IMG/VR virus record: IMGVR_UViG_3300017911_001939 | Span: 32,001-96,000 of that record | DNA length: 64,000 bases | Strand: one strand, 5' to 3' | Source: a virus | Lineage: Duplodnaviria; Caudoviricetes | Shown here: in pieces, positions 20,086 to 29,826 of the stretch | Position numbering within the stretch: the stretch's first letter is position 1 | Layout: the number at the start of each line of letters is the position of its first letter | Program-made: the position numbers and the translations under genes | The notes under the pieces: model-generated | What the model saw: only the letters and a program-made list of their open reading frames with translations | Database searches by the model: none | Told to the model about the DNA's origin: nothing

Positions 20086-20848
20086 AAAAATCTTTATTAA
20101 CCACATGATGAAGACTTGCGCCTAAATGCTTAGTCGAAAATGTGTTATCAATTATCCAATTCCAACTTAGTCCAATAGGATTAATTGGTATTTTATAAAA
20201 TTCTTTTATAAAAGAAAAATAGACCTCATTGTTCCTAGAGAATGATGAGGCTATTTCTTTTGGATAGATGTTATCAACTAGTGCTTCATCAAAAATAGTA
20301 TCTGCATAATCCAATCTTTCACTTAATCTAAAATCTTCAATAGCGTTTTTATTGCCAATTAACACGCCGGTGTTAGCAATTTGGTTATTACCGCTGATAC
20401 CTTCTAATAGTAACATTGCATTTTTGCAACATGCCTTTACTACCATATTCATTTTATCAAAATCAATTGTATCAATCCACCAATCACCATATACCCGTTC
20501 TCCCCAATTAGGCTTAGTATCGATAAAATGTGCACCTACATATTTGTGAGTAGCATGTTTATCAAAAATATTTTGAGCGCTTGTGGGTATTACGTCTAAG
20601 TCTAAATAAACTACTTCATCATATTCGTTTGCTAAGTCTTCAAACCTATATAATTTTTCAAACTGTAGGTCATCATAATCTGGAATAGAAGGAGTAAAAC
20701 AATGATATTCTGCATTACACAGATTAGCATAATCTTTGTGAGCAGATATTAATCGATCTTTATATTTTGCAAACGCATCTTTCTTTTCTTGTGGAGATGA
20801 AGTGTGCCTATGAACATCTGCCCAAATACTATAGATAATTCTTTTCAT
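20048..20848 (-). CDS. GT-A glycosyltransferase (DxD)
   Basis: VVYLDLDVIP, NTGV, W..HHVVNK; paralog of the upstream gene; start trimmed to MKRIIYS. Confidence 0.75.
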   Translation of the reverse strand: MKRIIYSIWADVHRHTSSPQEKKDAFAKYKDRLISAHKDYANLCNAEYHCFTPSIPDYDDLQFEKLYRFEDLANEYDEVVYLDLDVIPTSAQNIFDKHATHKYVGAHFIDTKPNWGERVYGDWWIDTIDFDKMNMVVKACCKNAMLLLEGISGNNQIANTGVLIGNKNAIEDFRLSERLDYADTIFDEALVDNIYPKEIASSFSRNNEVYFSFIKEFYKIPINPIGLSWNWIIDNTFSTKHLGASLHHVVNKDFSRFEEYLPQSAS

Positions 20849-21698
20849 AAAAATCAAAAACCTCTTTGAATTTTTTATTGATAACATGTACGAATTTGCT
20901 TTTGCGTGGAACTACTTTATACCTATCATAAAACATATGCCATGGCCAATCCAACCATTGAATAGGTATATTTCTAGTTTTAACTAAGTAAGACCATATC
21001 GTTTCATTATCCCATCCAAACATTTCTCTAATATCTTCAGGATACATTTCGTCGTTTTTTAGATTATCCATATCTTTAATTACGGCATCTAAATTATCGA
21101 AATATGCTAATTGCTTCATATGCTCTGACGATACTCCCACAATGCCTGTATTAAATACATCATTATCGGTGTTATATCCGTTCGATTCTAATAATGCAAA
21201 GCAATTCCAATATTTTGCAGTTGGGCTTCTATTAGATTCGACAGGCCGATTACGCAATTCTCTTAGAGTTTTCTTCGCTAGATTGTTATTATCTTTAATC
21301 GCGATGCCTTTAGATAAGTCGTGCACTTCAAAGAAATTTTCTTGAGTCATAGGAACTACGTCAAAATCTAAATAAAGAATTTCGTCGTAATGACGAGATA
21401 GCTCGTGTATGATTTGTAGCTTATAGAAATTTACTATATTATATTCGGTTATTTGCGGATATGTTTCGTTAAACCATTTTTTATATAATTTAAAATCTTC
21501 ATCATACTCGTACATCAAGAACGTTACACCAATATCATTGGCATATTTTTGTTTACATGCTAATAATTTATCATAATACTTTTGAAATTCTATTTTAGTT
21601 CTTTCGGTTTTAGGTATATCATCACCATAGTAAGGTGCTTGATAATCCAAATCTTCTTTTGGAATATCGATATACAAACTATAAATTACTCTACGCAT
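20829..21698 (-). CDS. GT-A glycosyltransferase (DxD)
   Basis: ILYLDFDVVP, FNTGIV, DNET, W..HVINKKF. Confidence 0.78.
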   Translation of the reverse strand: MRRVIYSLYIDIPKEDLDYQAPYYGDDIPKTERTKIEFQKYYDKLLACKQKYANDIGVTFLMYEYDEDFKLYKKWFNETYPQITEYNIVNFYKLQIIHELSRHYDEILYLDFDVVPMTQENFFEVHDLSKGIAIKDNNNLAKKTLRELRNRPVESNRSPTAKYWNCFALLESNGYNTDNDVFNTGIVGVSSEHMKQLAYFDNLDAVIKDMDNLKNDEMYPEDIREMFGWDNETIWSYLVKTRNIPIQWLDWPWHMFYDRYKVVPRKSKFVHVINKKFKEVFDFYEKNYL

Positions 21699-22356
21699 AA
21701 CCAATTACCATATATCTTTCATAACCGTTTGACATTTTTAATTTGCCAGAATATTTAATGTTAGATAATCCGCATTTATCTTCAAGTTCCCATCTTGAAT
21801 TTACACAATTGCTGTGGTCATCAATATGAAACATATTATTGCTTTGAATTGCAAATAATGGTATTTCATAATTACGTCTATGAAAAAATGGTTCGATATA
21901 CTTTTTTCGAATAATATTTTTCATGTCTGGCATATGTTCTGATGACGTGTTAATTATTAGATTAGCTTTTTCATCTAAAGGACCATTTTCTTGAACATCC
22001 CCGCATCGCTCAGCATAAGCATAGTTTTTTAATTTCATATAACGTCTAAAAACATTTAATGATTTAATATCTAAATCAATATTTTCTACAAAGGAAATAT
22101 CTAATGTAGAGTTTAATAATGCCACAATGGGAAAGCCTATCCATCCTCCAAATAGTTGAACATGAATATCGTCTTTTTCTAAAAGATGCGGTATAATTTT
22201 ATCTACTAGCCATACTTTCGATTCAATTTGATGTGGTGACATAGAATCAAGTAAATGTTTTATGTCATACTTTTCGCTTTCTGTATTTTCCCATAAAATT
22301 TGCCAAATATCTGGATCAATTCCAATAGTGTTCAAATCCATCATAGCCCTCATCAT
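21691..22356 (-). CDS. class I SAM-dependent methyltransferase-like protein
   Basis: SKVWL, GGWIG, IDLD, INTSSEHM, QSNN motifs. Confidence 0.65.
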   Translation of the reverse strand: MMRAMMDLNTIGIDPDIWQILWENTESEKYDIKHLLDSMSPHQIESKVWLVDKIIPHLLEKDDIHVQLFGGWIGFPIVALLNSTLDISFVENIDLDIKSLNVFRRYMKLKNYAYAERCGDVQENGPLDEKANLIINTSSEHMPDMKNIIRKKYIEPFFHRRNYEIPLFAIQSNNMFHIDDHSNCVNSRWELEDKCGLSNIKYSGKLKMSNGYERYMVIGYA

Positions 22357-23023
22357 CTAACAAATATTTGCCATTAATATATTCGGTATTCCGTCTCCAT
22401 CCGTTAAATATGCAGACAGGATATGTATCATCTTTAAAAAGAGGTTTAGATTTTGTGCCAGCTTTAAAGTAATTGTTTTCATCAATACCGTATAACCGGG
22501 AATAGATTTCACCTTTCGGAAATACATTAAGCTTATCGTAATGGTGATAATATAGATATGAATCTATACCATTATATTTTACCATATAATAATCAGGATC
22601 TTTCATAAATTCTGACCATATAGATGTTAGATCACCGTGCCATATCATAACAGACGAGTTATAGTTCATATCGGTACCAGTCAATTCGTATGGTTTCCAA
22701 TATGCCTCGATAAGTCTTAGCTTACTCTTCTCGCAATAATCTTTGAAGTGTGTAATGTCATTTTGCAGTACGACATCTAAGTCAAAGAACATTTCAGGAA
22801 CTACAGCTGGTTCTTTAAATAACCGTAGTTTCCACCACCAGTTTTCTAAATCATATTCTTGTTCGAGAGGTTTTCTTAGAATATATGGATGCAAACCGCG
22901 AGGATCATCAGTATAGCAAACGAATCTAAATGATTCGTTAAACTGTTTTGTGCACATAGCATATAATCGATTTACATGCTCGTACGAAAACTTATCACCC
23001 CATTTTACGCAAGATATAATCAT
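22316..23023 (-). CDS. GT-A (GT8-like) glycosyltransferase
   Basis: CVKWGDKF..VNRL, FVCYTD, WWKLRLF, FFDLDVV, NSSVM. Confidence 0.8.
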   Translation of the reverse strand: MIISCVKWGDKFSYEHVNRLYAMCTKQFNESFRFVCYTDDPRGLHPYILRKPLEQEYDLENWWWKLRLFKEPAVVPEMFFDLDVVLQNDITHFKDYCEKSKLRLIEAYWKPYELTGTDMNYNSSVMIWHGDLTSIWSEFMKDPDYYMVKYNGIDSYLYYHHYDKLNVFPKGEIYSRLYGIDENNYFKAGTKSKPLFKDDTYPVCIFNGWRRNTEYINGKYLLDDEGYDGFEHYWN

Positions 23024-24545
23024 TAATAACCAATAAATCTAATTCTGTTTTTTCAAATGTAGCTATAGCATCTTCAGGCGTTTCAACGATAGGTTCTTTA
23101 CAATTAAAACTAGTATTCAATAGCATTGGAATTCCAGTAATTTTATAGAACTCGTTAATAAGATCGTAATATTTGCGATTCTGTTTACGATTTAGTGTTT
23201 GAATGCGCGCAGTACCATCTACGTGCGTAACACCTGGAATTTTATCAGAAATAACAGGCATAATTCTAGACATATATGGACTCGGTTGATTAGTATCAAA
23301 ATATTCTTTGTAATGTTCTTCCATAACAGAAGGAGCAAATGGTCTAAAATCTTCTCGCTGTTTAATTGTATGATTAATTCTATCTTTAATATGAGGATCA
23401 CGAGGATCAGCTAAAATACTACGATTACCAAGAGCTCTATTACCCGATTCGCATTTTCCTTGATACCAACCAACTACTGCGCCATCGGCTATAGCTTGTG
23501 CTACTTCTTTATAGTCTACCCTTTCAGTGCCAATATATTTGTATTCTTTACCAGAATAAACTGTAGGCCTATGTCGATTTTTATTAAGAGTATAATCGGC
23601 ATGGATGTATGTGCCAATAGATTGACCCTCATCTCCAGGTGCCGGAGGTACATGAACCTTTTTATATGTTTTAGTAAATTCCTCATTCATATAACCGTTA
23701 TATGCTACACCTCCAGCAACGCATAGATTGTTGCAAGATTTTAAAGGTAACACATGCTCATCAATTAATTCTTGTGTTGCATATTGTAATGTATATGCAA
23801 CATCTTCTATCTTAGTATGATCTAAAGTTTTTTCTATATCTTCTGGAAATGGATCAATCTTTACATTGTATTCTCCACGTCTATTCTTTTTTAGCTCCAT
23901 TTTGTGCTTAAAAATATTTTTATTATATTCATCAATTATCATATGGATTTTTAAATTATATTCTCCATATCCAGCAAGACCCATAAGTTTACCAGCACCT
24001 AAATGTCCGAATCCCAATTGTTTCGAAAAATAATTCCATAGAATGCCGATATTCATTTTATCTGAAAGATCGGTCATACGCCCATCTTTATCAAAGAACA
24101 CACAGTTATAGTGCCAACCTCTACCATCAATGGCTAAAATATCAGACTTTCTAAATCCTGAATCCATATATGCATATGCGGCGTGTGATTGATGATGGTC
24201 AATGTAATATACATTATCAATCATAGCATAGTCCCATAAATTCTTTGGTTTAAAACCAAAGAACTCATAATATAATTCTCTATCAGCTAATAAGCTAACT
24301 CCACCTTTAGTGGTAGTAAAAGCAAAAACTTCATGTTCTTCTGGCTTATGATATTCATCATAAAATTTTAACATAAATTCATCATCATCTTGATTCATGC
24401 TAATTAGTTCTGATTGATGCGAATACACATCCACATGCCATGGAATATTATGTTTACGTCTGCTGTATCTTTCTATTTGATTGTGCAAAACACCATCATA
24501 AGTATTTTGGTCATGTGGACTTAGTGCGATACTAAAGATTTTCAT
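22995..24545 (-). CDS. carbamoyltransferase, NodU/CmcH/TobZ family
   Basis: HHQSHAA, DGRG, GKLMGLAGYG, GGVAYN, RALGNRSILADP, REDFRPFAP, HVDGTARIQT, LLNTSFN. Confidence 0.93.
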   Translation of the reverse strand: MKIFSIALSPHDQNTYDGVLHNQIERYSRRKHNIPWHVDVYSHQSELISMNQDDDEFMLKFYDEYHKPEEHEVFAFTTTKGGVSLLADRELYYEFFGFKPKNLWDYAMIDNVYYIDHHQSHAAYAYMDSGFRKSDILAIDGRGWHYNCVFFDKDGRMTDLSDKMNIGILWNYFSKQLGFGHLGAGKLMGLAGYGEYNLKIHMIIDEYNKNIFKHKMELKKNRRGEYNVKIDPFPEDIEKTLDHTKIEDVAYTLQYATQELIDEHVLPLKSCNNLCVAGGVAYNGYMNEEFTKTYKKVHVPPAPGDEGQSIGTYIHADYTLNKNRHRPTVYSGKEYKYIGTERVDYKEVAQAIADGAVVGWYQGKCESGNRALGNRSILADPRDPHIKDRINHTIKQREDFRPFAPSVMEEHYKEYFDTNQPSPYMSRIMPVISDKIPGVTHVDGTARIQTLNRKQNRKYYDLINEFYKITGIPMLLNTSFNCKEPIVETPEDAIATFEKTELDLLVINDYILRKMG

Positions 24546-25326
24546 AGATATAATCCGCTAATATTTTTTGGCCTTCTGCATTTGGGTGAGCATCTTCTTC
24601 TGATATTCTATATTTTTTATAATCATCAACTTCGTGTGATATAACGTAAAATGGTTTTTCTTTATTTTTATGATCTATACCTATAAAATCGATAGGAGAT
24701 AATCTTTTATAATAAGGAGAGTTTAATATAACACTAAGAGCTGCTTCATCAAAATCTGCTCGGTCTTCGAATTTAAAGTGATTCCACCACCTAGATGCAC
24801 CCCATCTTTCTTGTGATGCTGGCAATCCGCCGGAATTGCCAAACTGTTGTTTGAAATAATGGCTATATAATTGTATCATTTGGAATTGTTTTAATGGGAT
24901 TCTTTGACTAGCACAAATAGTTTGTATGCTATAAAAATATCTTAAGCTTTCTTTTATCCATCCAAGAATGTTTCCTTGAGGTTTTACTCTTTCGTTACGC
25001 CAAGTAAATTGATACTCTGTCATATTTCTATATCTATTATGGGCTTTATAAACGCTTTCGAAATCATATCTTTGAGCCTGTGACCATGCCAACATAACAT
25101 AGCCAATATCTTTAGGATCATACTCTTGCATAGCATCTAATACAGAACTATAAATCATATGATTTCCTTGTCCGCATTTGCCGACATTTACAACTTCCAT
25201 CCCTAATTTACTACCCACAAGCTCTGGCCATTTAGGCCAACTCGTATCTAATTTAGGATGGTAATCAGATGTGAAATTTTCATCTGTCCAACTATCACCG
25301 CCTGCTATTAGTATTTTTCTAGCCAT
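24532..25326 (-). CDS. SGNH/GDSL-fold protein (O-acyl transferase or esterase)
   Basis: Block I GGDSWT, block II GQGN, block V DAHP. Confidence 0.75.
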   Translation of the reverse strand: MARKILIAGGDSWTDENFTSDYHPKLDTSWPKWPELVGSKLGMEVVNVGKCGQGNHMIYSSVLDAMQEYDPKDIGYVMLAWSQAQRYDFESVYKAHNRYRNMTEYQFTWRNERVKPQGNILGWIKESLRYFYSIQTICASQRIPLKQFQMIQLYSHYFKQQFGNSGGLPASQERWGASRWWNHFKFEDRADFDEAALSVILNSPYYKRLSPIDFIGIDHKNKEKPFYVISHEVDDYKKYRISEEDAHPNAEGQKILADYIYENL

Positions 25327-25735
25327 GTAATTTTTTCCATTGCTTATTAAACGTAAGCATTCTTTCTTCTACTGATGGATAATACATATACGAATCTAAA
25401 TCTACCATATAAGGCTTCTTCGTATTTTCACATACGATATAATTTTGTCTATGGAAATCGTTGAATGTATAATCTGATTTATGATTTACAATATCCTCTA
25501 TTACTGTATTAGGTTCTGTAAAATAAAAACCTTTTATATAATCAATTATAATAGTAATCGTCTTATCTTCAATAGAATACTCATAATTAGGAATTAGTAT
25601 TCTATTAAAATTTTCACTTCTCAATCTAGTTAAATTATCATATACAATTTTTGCATAATCTACGGTTTGATATTCAATTACTTTAGTAAGAGTAAATGTT
25701 TTTATATTCGTTCTAAGCGAATCCACATAATACAT
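25319..25735 (-). CDS. small protein-kinase-like (PKL fold) protein
   Basis: DYIKG hinge, catalytic-loop-like DFHRQNY, metal-binding-like VDLD. Confidence 0.5.
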   Translation of the reverse strand: MYYVDSLRTNIKTFTLTKVIEYQTVDYAKIVYDNLTRLRSENFNRILIPNYEYSIEDKTITIIIDYIKGFYFTEPNTVIEDIVNHKSDYTFNDFHRQNYIVCENTKKPYMVDLDSYMYYPSVEERMLTFNKQWKKLHG

Positions 25736-25738
25736 ATT

Positions 25739-26563
25739 TTAAAATCCTAGTGTTCTATCATTTAGTGCCACGATAAGATTATCTAAAGTATGTTCTCCTT
25801 GTTCAGAAAGTTGCTCAGTGCATATTTTACAATATTCTTCATACTGAAATAAATCGAAATTCATCATCTTCTCGATGTTCTTTTTTGTTACATCAAATGT
25901 CTTAGAACCATTAATTACTTTTTTACTGCAGTGCCTTATTTTTTGCATTTCAAAGTCAATGACTGGAACTGAAGGATATTTGGCACAAAGCTTTCTAGTA
26001 ATTTCAGAAGCTTGCATATCTACATCATAAAACGGTGATCTTGCATTAAATTTTTTAAACATAGTATTATCATGATCTATATGTGATAAGTCATAATTTT
26101 CTCTAAATTTAAAATAATTAGGAGTTTGAATAATAACGTTATAGTTGTTATTATCATTTTGCTCTAAAAAATCATAGTTACCTAGTTTTTCAATGCGATC
26201 TTCATGAAAGTCTAGTACTAGGTGTTCGACATAATAAATTGAAGGATCTTCTAATATATGTGGATAACGCTTGCGCACAAACGAATTAGACAATACTGAA
26301 GGAATAAGAGTAGGATATTTTTTAATTTCAGCAATGACTTCATCCAAATTTTTTACTAGGCCTGGTTCTCCACCTAGCAAATTAATTTTTGCTTTGTATC
26401 TAGAAAGATATTTTAATGTTTTACTTAGAAAATCCATATCTACTTCTAGATTTCTCATTTCCAATGTCCATGCTGTACAGTAATGGCATGACTTATTGCA
26501 AGATTTTGTTAAATAAAAATCAATACCAAAATATCCATTCGCTTTTAAATCTTTATAATTCAT
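25739..26563 (-). CDS. radical SAM protein with C-terminal Cys motif
   Basis: CNKSCHYC (CxxxCxxC), GGEP, C-terminal C..HC..CKIC. Confidence 0.9.
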   Translation of the reverse strand: MNYKDLKANGYFGIDFYLTKSCNKSCHYCTAWTLEMRNLEVDMDFLSKTLKYLSRYKAKINLLGGEPGLVKNLDEVIAEIKKYPTLIPSVLSNSFVRKRYPHILEDPSIYYVEHLVLDFHEDRIEKLGNYDFLEQNDNNNYNVIIQTPNYFKFRENYDLSHIDHDNTMFKKFNARSPFYDVDMQASEITRKLCAKYPSVPVIDFEMQKIRHCSKKVINGSKTFDVTKKNIEKMMNFDLFQYEEYCKICTEQLSEQGEHTLDNLIVALNDRTLGF

Positions 26564-26919
26564 GTTGAATCCACTTTTTCGGGTTTGCCATCTGCTGACA
26601 AAACGATTTGCTTTTTATGGCTATCAGTTTCTCTCTTTTTACAGATATGATGGCATATGCCAAAACCTTTACCTTCTTTTAAATCTTCAAAAAACTTAAC
26701 CCATTCATCTTGTAAAATAATTTCATCTAAAGATTCGTAATCATCAATTTTACTGACAGCTAATAAATCTTTATACCTAGGTTCTTTTCTAGTATGCTGA
26801 TTATCACACCAACAACACGGAATAAGTTCTCCCAAATTTGTAACAGCAAACGCGTTTTGTTGATTATTAAAACATTTAGGCTCTATTTCATGTCGAGAAT
26901 CATATTTGTCTAATTCCAT
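26560..26919 (-). CDS. stand-alone SPASM/Twitch-like Fe-S domain
   Basis: PKC..GELIPCCWCD..ICHHIC. Confidence 0.65.
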   Translation of the reverse strand: MELDKYDSRHEIEPKCFNNQQNAFAVTNLGELIPCCWCDNQHTRKEPRYKDLLAVSKIDDYESLDEIILQDEWVKFFEDLKEGKGFGICHHICKKRETDSHKKQIVLSADGKPEKVDST

Positions 26920-26922
26920 AAT

Positions 26923-27573
26923 TTAATTTCTCCTCAGTGAAAGAGCCATCTCTTTATTTTTTGGTTTCAATGGATCATTTTTTCCTTCCCATCGAGAAGA
27001 ATATAATAGTCTAAATTTGATATTAGGAAGGTCTGCAATTAAACTTCTAGCTTCTTCTATATGATGTTCATTATAACTAAATACAATATATTGCCAATCT
27101 GCGCGATCTAAATATTTAGCAGATTCCCTAATAAGTCTAAGCATCTTATGACCGTCTTGATTTTTTCGGTATTTGTCGCTTTCATCAGGTAATCCGTCTA
27201 ATCCAAAAAACCATACTGCATGTGGATTTGCTTTCCAAGCTTTAGGATACCAACTTTCTGGTTTAGCCGCAGATGCGTGGTGTACTGTTACAGAATTTCC
27301 ATTTTTGTATGCCATTTCTAGCATTTCTATAAACTTGGGATGGTGCACTGGATCTGATACTTGACCACAAAAATTAATATGATAAAAATGATTTAAAATT
27401 TTTTCATATCTATCCAAAGGCATATCTTCTCCAGTTACTTTTAATCCCTTAGAAGTAAATGAAGTGTATCTTTGGCATCTTAAACATTCTAACGGACATC
27501 TATGCGTGATATCAATATTACACGCTGGTCTGTGATGAAATGTATTTGGATCTACTGGTAATTTTTCTCCCAT
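26923..27573 (-). CDS. radical SAM protein (core only)
   Basis: CPLECLRC, FCGQVSDP, FGLDG, WQYIVFSYNEH. Confidence 0.88.
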   Translation of the reverse strand: MGEKLPVDPNTFHHRPACNIDITHRCPLECLRCQRYTSFTSKGLKVTGEDMPLDRYEKILNHFYHINFCGQVSDPVHHPKFIEMLEMAYKNGNSVTVHHASAAKPESWYPKAWKANPHAVWFFGLDGLPDESDKYRKNQDGHKMLRLIRESAKYLDRADWQYIVFSYNEHHIEEARSLIADLPNIKFRLLYSSRWEGKNDPLKPKNKEMALSLRRN

Positions 27574-27580
27574 ATAATCC

Positions 27581-27940
27581 TCACATATAATTAATTTTGT
27601 CTATAGACTTATTAAGAGAAGTTTCACACCATATTTTAAATTGTTTATTTAAAGCAGTTAGAAGATTATATTCTACTATATGATTGAAATGTTCTATAAA
27701 ATATTTAGCATTTGCATTGTTAAAAGATAAGTAAGTCTTTTCGACTATTAAATCATAAATTTCTGGACATACACCTTTAGTATATTCTTCATTAATTATA
27801 AATTCTTCATAACAATGTTCACTAAAAATTTTATGCAGATGTACTTCTTTTTTAAGTCTATCAGACACATCTATTAAATTAAAGTTTTCGTCAAGAATAC
27901 AAAATTTATCTATTTCTTTGTCAATTAATAATTCTACCAT
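27581..27940 (-). CDS. hypothetical protein
   Basis: Tightly packed ORF within the operon. Confidence 0.6.
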   Translation of the reverse strand: MVELLIDKEIDKFCILDENFNLIDVSDRLKKEVHLHKIFSEHCYEEFIINEEYTKGVCPEIYDLIVEKTYLSFNNANAKYFIEHFNHIVEYNLLTALNKQFKIWCETSLNKSIDKINYM

Positions 27941-27941
27941 A

Positions 27942-29006
27942 TCAGACTCTTAATGCAACTGTGTTGATGACATGTTCAATTTCCTCATCTTTTAACCAAG
28001 CATGAATAGGTAACGAAAGTACGGTGTCTGCAGTATGCCGTGCTACTGCACAATATCCGCTACGATATTGGATATGGTTGTACATTGAATTATCGGGAAT
28101 AACTCGCTCATAATGTACTGATCCACCTAAAGCTTTCTTTACTTCGTTACGCGTTTCTTTATCCTCGAATTGTATTACGTATTTATGATAGTTGTGGTTG
28201 TCATGTTTTTGCGGAGTCTTTACAAGACCATCGAATTCATAATCATATTCTTTTGCAATTTCTTGTCTACGCTTTTGCCATTGTTCCATAAACTGAAAGC
28301 GATGTAGAATAACATCTGCATTAAAGTTATACATCTTTGAGTTGTAGCCCAACATAGCAAAGTCTTTATCTTTACCATGCTTAGCAAGCATACGTACTGT
28401 CTTGGCAATCTGATCGTCATCTGTCATAAACATGCCACCGCCTGAGATACCAGCAATGACTTTATTACCATTAAAGCTGTACGAACTACAATCACCAATT
28501 GTACCAGCCTTGCGGCCATTTAGACTTACACCTAATGACTGAGCCGCATCTTCAATAAAGACAATATCATTTTCTTTACAATAGTTCTCAATCTCGGTAG
28601 TATCGGTCATATTACCAAAAAGGTGTGTATAGATGAGAGCGCAGTTACCATCACGCTTCATCTTTTTTACAGACTCAAGTGTCATATGATAAGAGTCAGG
28701 ATCAATATCACAAAAGACTGGCATTGCACCCGCCATAGAGATACAACTTGCTGATGAGATCCATGAAAAACCAGTCACAAAGACTTGCCAACCTGGACCA
28801 ATGCCATGTGCTTTCAAAGAAAAATACAATGCATCGGTTGCACTACTTACAGGCACACAGTGTTTACGACCTGTATAATCTCTGAACGCTTGCTCTAGCT
28901 CTTCGGTTGGCCCTTCTGGTTCTTTTGCCATAGCCTTGTCAAAGAGTTCATAATATAGTTCTTTATTCTCGAGATATTCTCTATCCCAACCGTTGTAGTT
29001 CATCAT
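27942..29006 (-). CDS. DegT/DnrJ/EryC1/StrS PLP-dependent sugar aminotransferase
   Basis: SATDAL, PVFCDID, HLFG, IEDAAQSLG, SFNGNKVI (PLP Lys), GYNSKM, LSLPIH. Confidence 0.93.
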   Translation of the reverse strand: MMNYNGWDREYLENKELYYELFDKAMAKEPEGPTEELEQAFRDYTGRKHCVPVSSATDALYFSLKAHGIGPGWQVFVTGFSWISSASCISMAGAMPVFCDIDPDSYHMTLESVKKMKRDGNCALIYTHLFGNMTDTTEIENYCKENDIVFIEDAAQSLGVSLNGRKAGTIGDCSSYSFNGNKVIAGISGGGMFMTDDDQIAKTVRMLAKHGKDKDFAMLGYNSKMYNFNADVILHRFQFMEQWQKRRQEIAKEYDYEFDGLVKTPQKHDNHNYHKYVIQFEDKETRNEVKKALGGSVHYERVIPDNSMYNHIQYRSGYCAVARHTADTVLSLPIHAWLKDEEIEHVINTVALRV

Positions 29007-29826
29007 ATGCTTTCATAATAGGTTCAATATTGGGCTTTTCTATAGAACGTCGACTATAAACCCAACCGCCATCTCTAATTTTTGTAGATCTATTATACTC
29101 TATTTTCTTATCGAAGTACATGCATTCTTGCAAAATTCTTGGCGCAGGATCAAATTGCTCTTTCGCATACACATACGTATTAAACATGCCTAATAAATTA
29201 TCTACAGGTGCGAAAATATTTTGTAAAAGGGGGTTTACAAACGCTTCTTTATATGTTATAATAAAGTATGACTTGTAGGAGGGAGCCAGTATACCCGCCC
29301 TTTCGTAGTACTGTTTTCCAGTCCCTAAAAACATATGTTCTGCTTTTAGATCTGGAACAGGATCTTTGTAAATATCAAAATTAATTCTTTTTTCGAAGTG
29401 ATCACCTACACCATTCACATACACATCAGTGTCACATAGATCATATACATGTCGTGGTCTAAAATAGTCTAAAGCATAATTATACTCTATAGGATGATTT
29501 TCAGAATATACTGATATTAGTTTGTGCGAAAACGCATCTATTAGAGAGAATAGTTGGTCATGACTATACTTATCTTTTAATTTCCACGCGTGAGTAAGCA
29601 TACTTCTACCCATAATAAGGGTAACATCGGTTTCTTCATAGAAATATTCGAATGATACATTTTTACAATGTACATACTTTTTTTCTAAAGAAGTGATATA
29701 ATCATTTACTTTGAAATCTGGATGTGGTATAATAATAAGTCGAGCATCGAGTAAAGATGCATATTCATAACTATAATATAACAAACCATCGCACGGCTTA
29801 CTCGTACATAGAATGTTCAATCTCAT
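28981..29826 (-). CDS. hypothetical protein, possibly a divergent GT-B glycosyltransferase
   Basis: C-terminal FDPAPRILQEC resembles the GT-B Ex7E region; weak. Confidence 0.4.
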   Translation of the reverse strand: MRLNILCTSKPCDGLLYYSYEYASLLDARLIIIPHPDFKVNDYITSLEKKYVHCKNVSFEYFYEETDVTLIMGRSMLTHAWKLKDKYSHDQLFSLIDAFSHKLISVYSENHPIEYNYALDYFRPRHVYDLCDTDVYVNGVGDHFEKRINFDIYKDPVPDLKAEHMFLGTGKQYYERAGILAPSYKSYFIITYKEAFVNPLLQNIFAPVDNLLGMFNTYVYAKEQFDPAPRILQECMYFDKKIEYNRSTKIRDGGWVYSRRSIEKPNIEPIMKAYDELQRLG

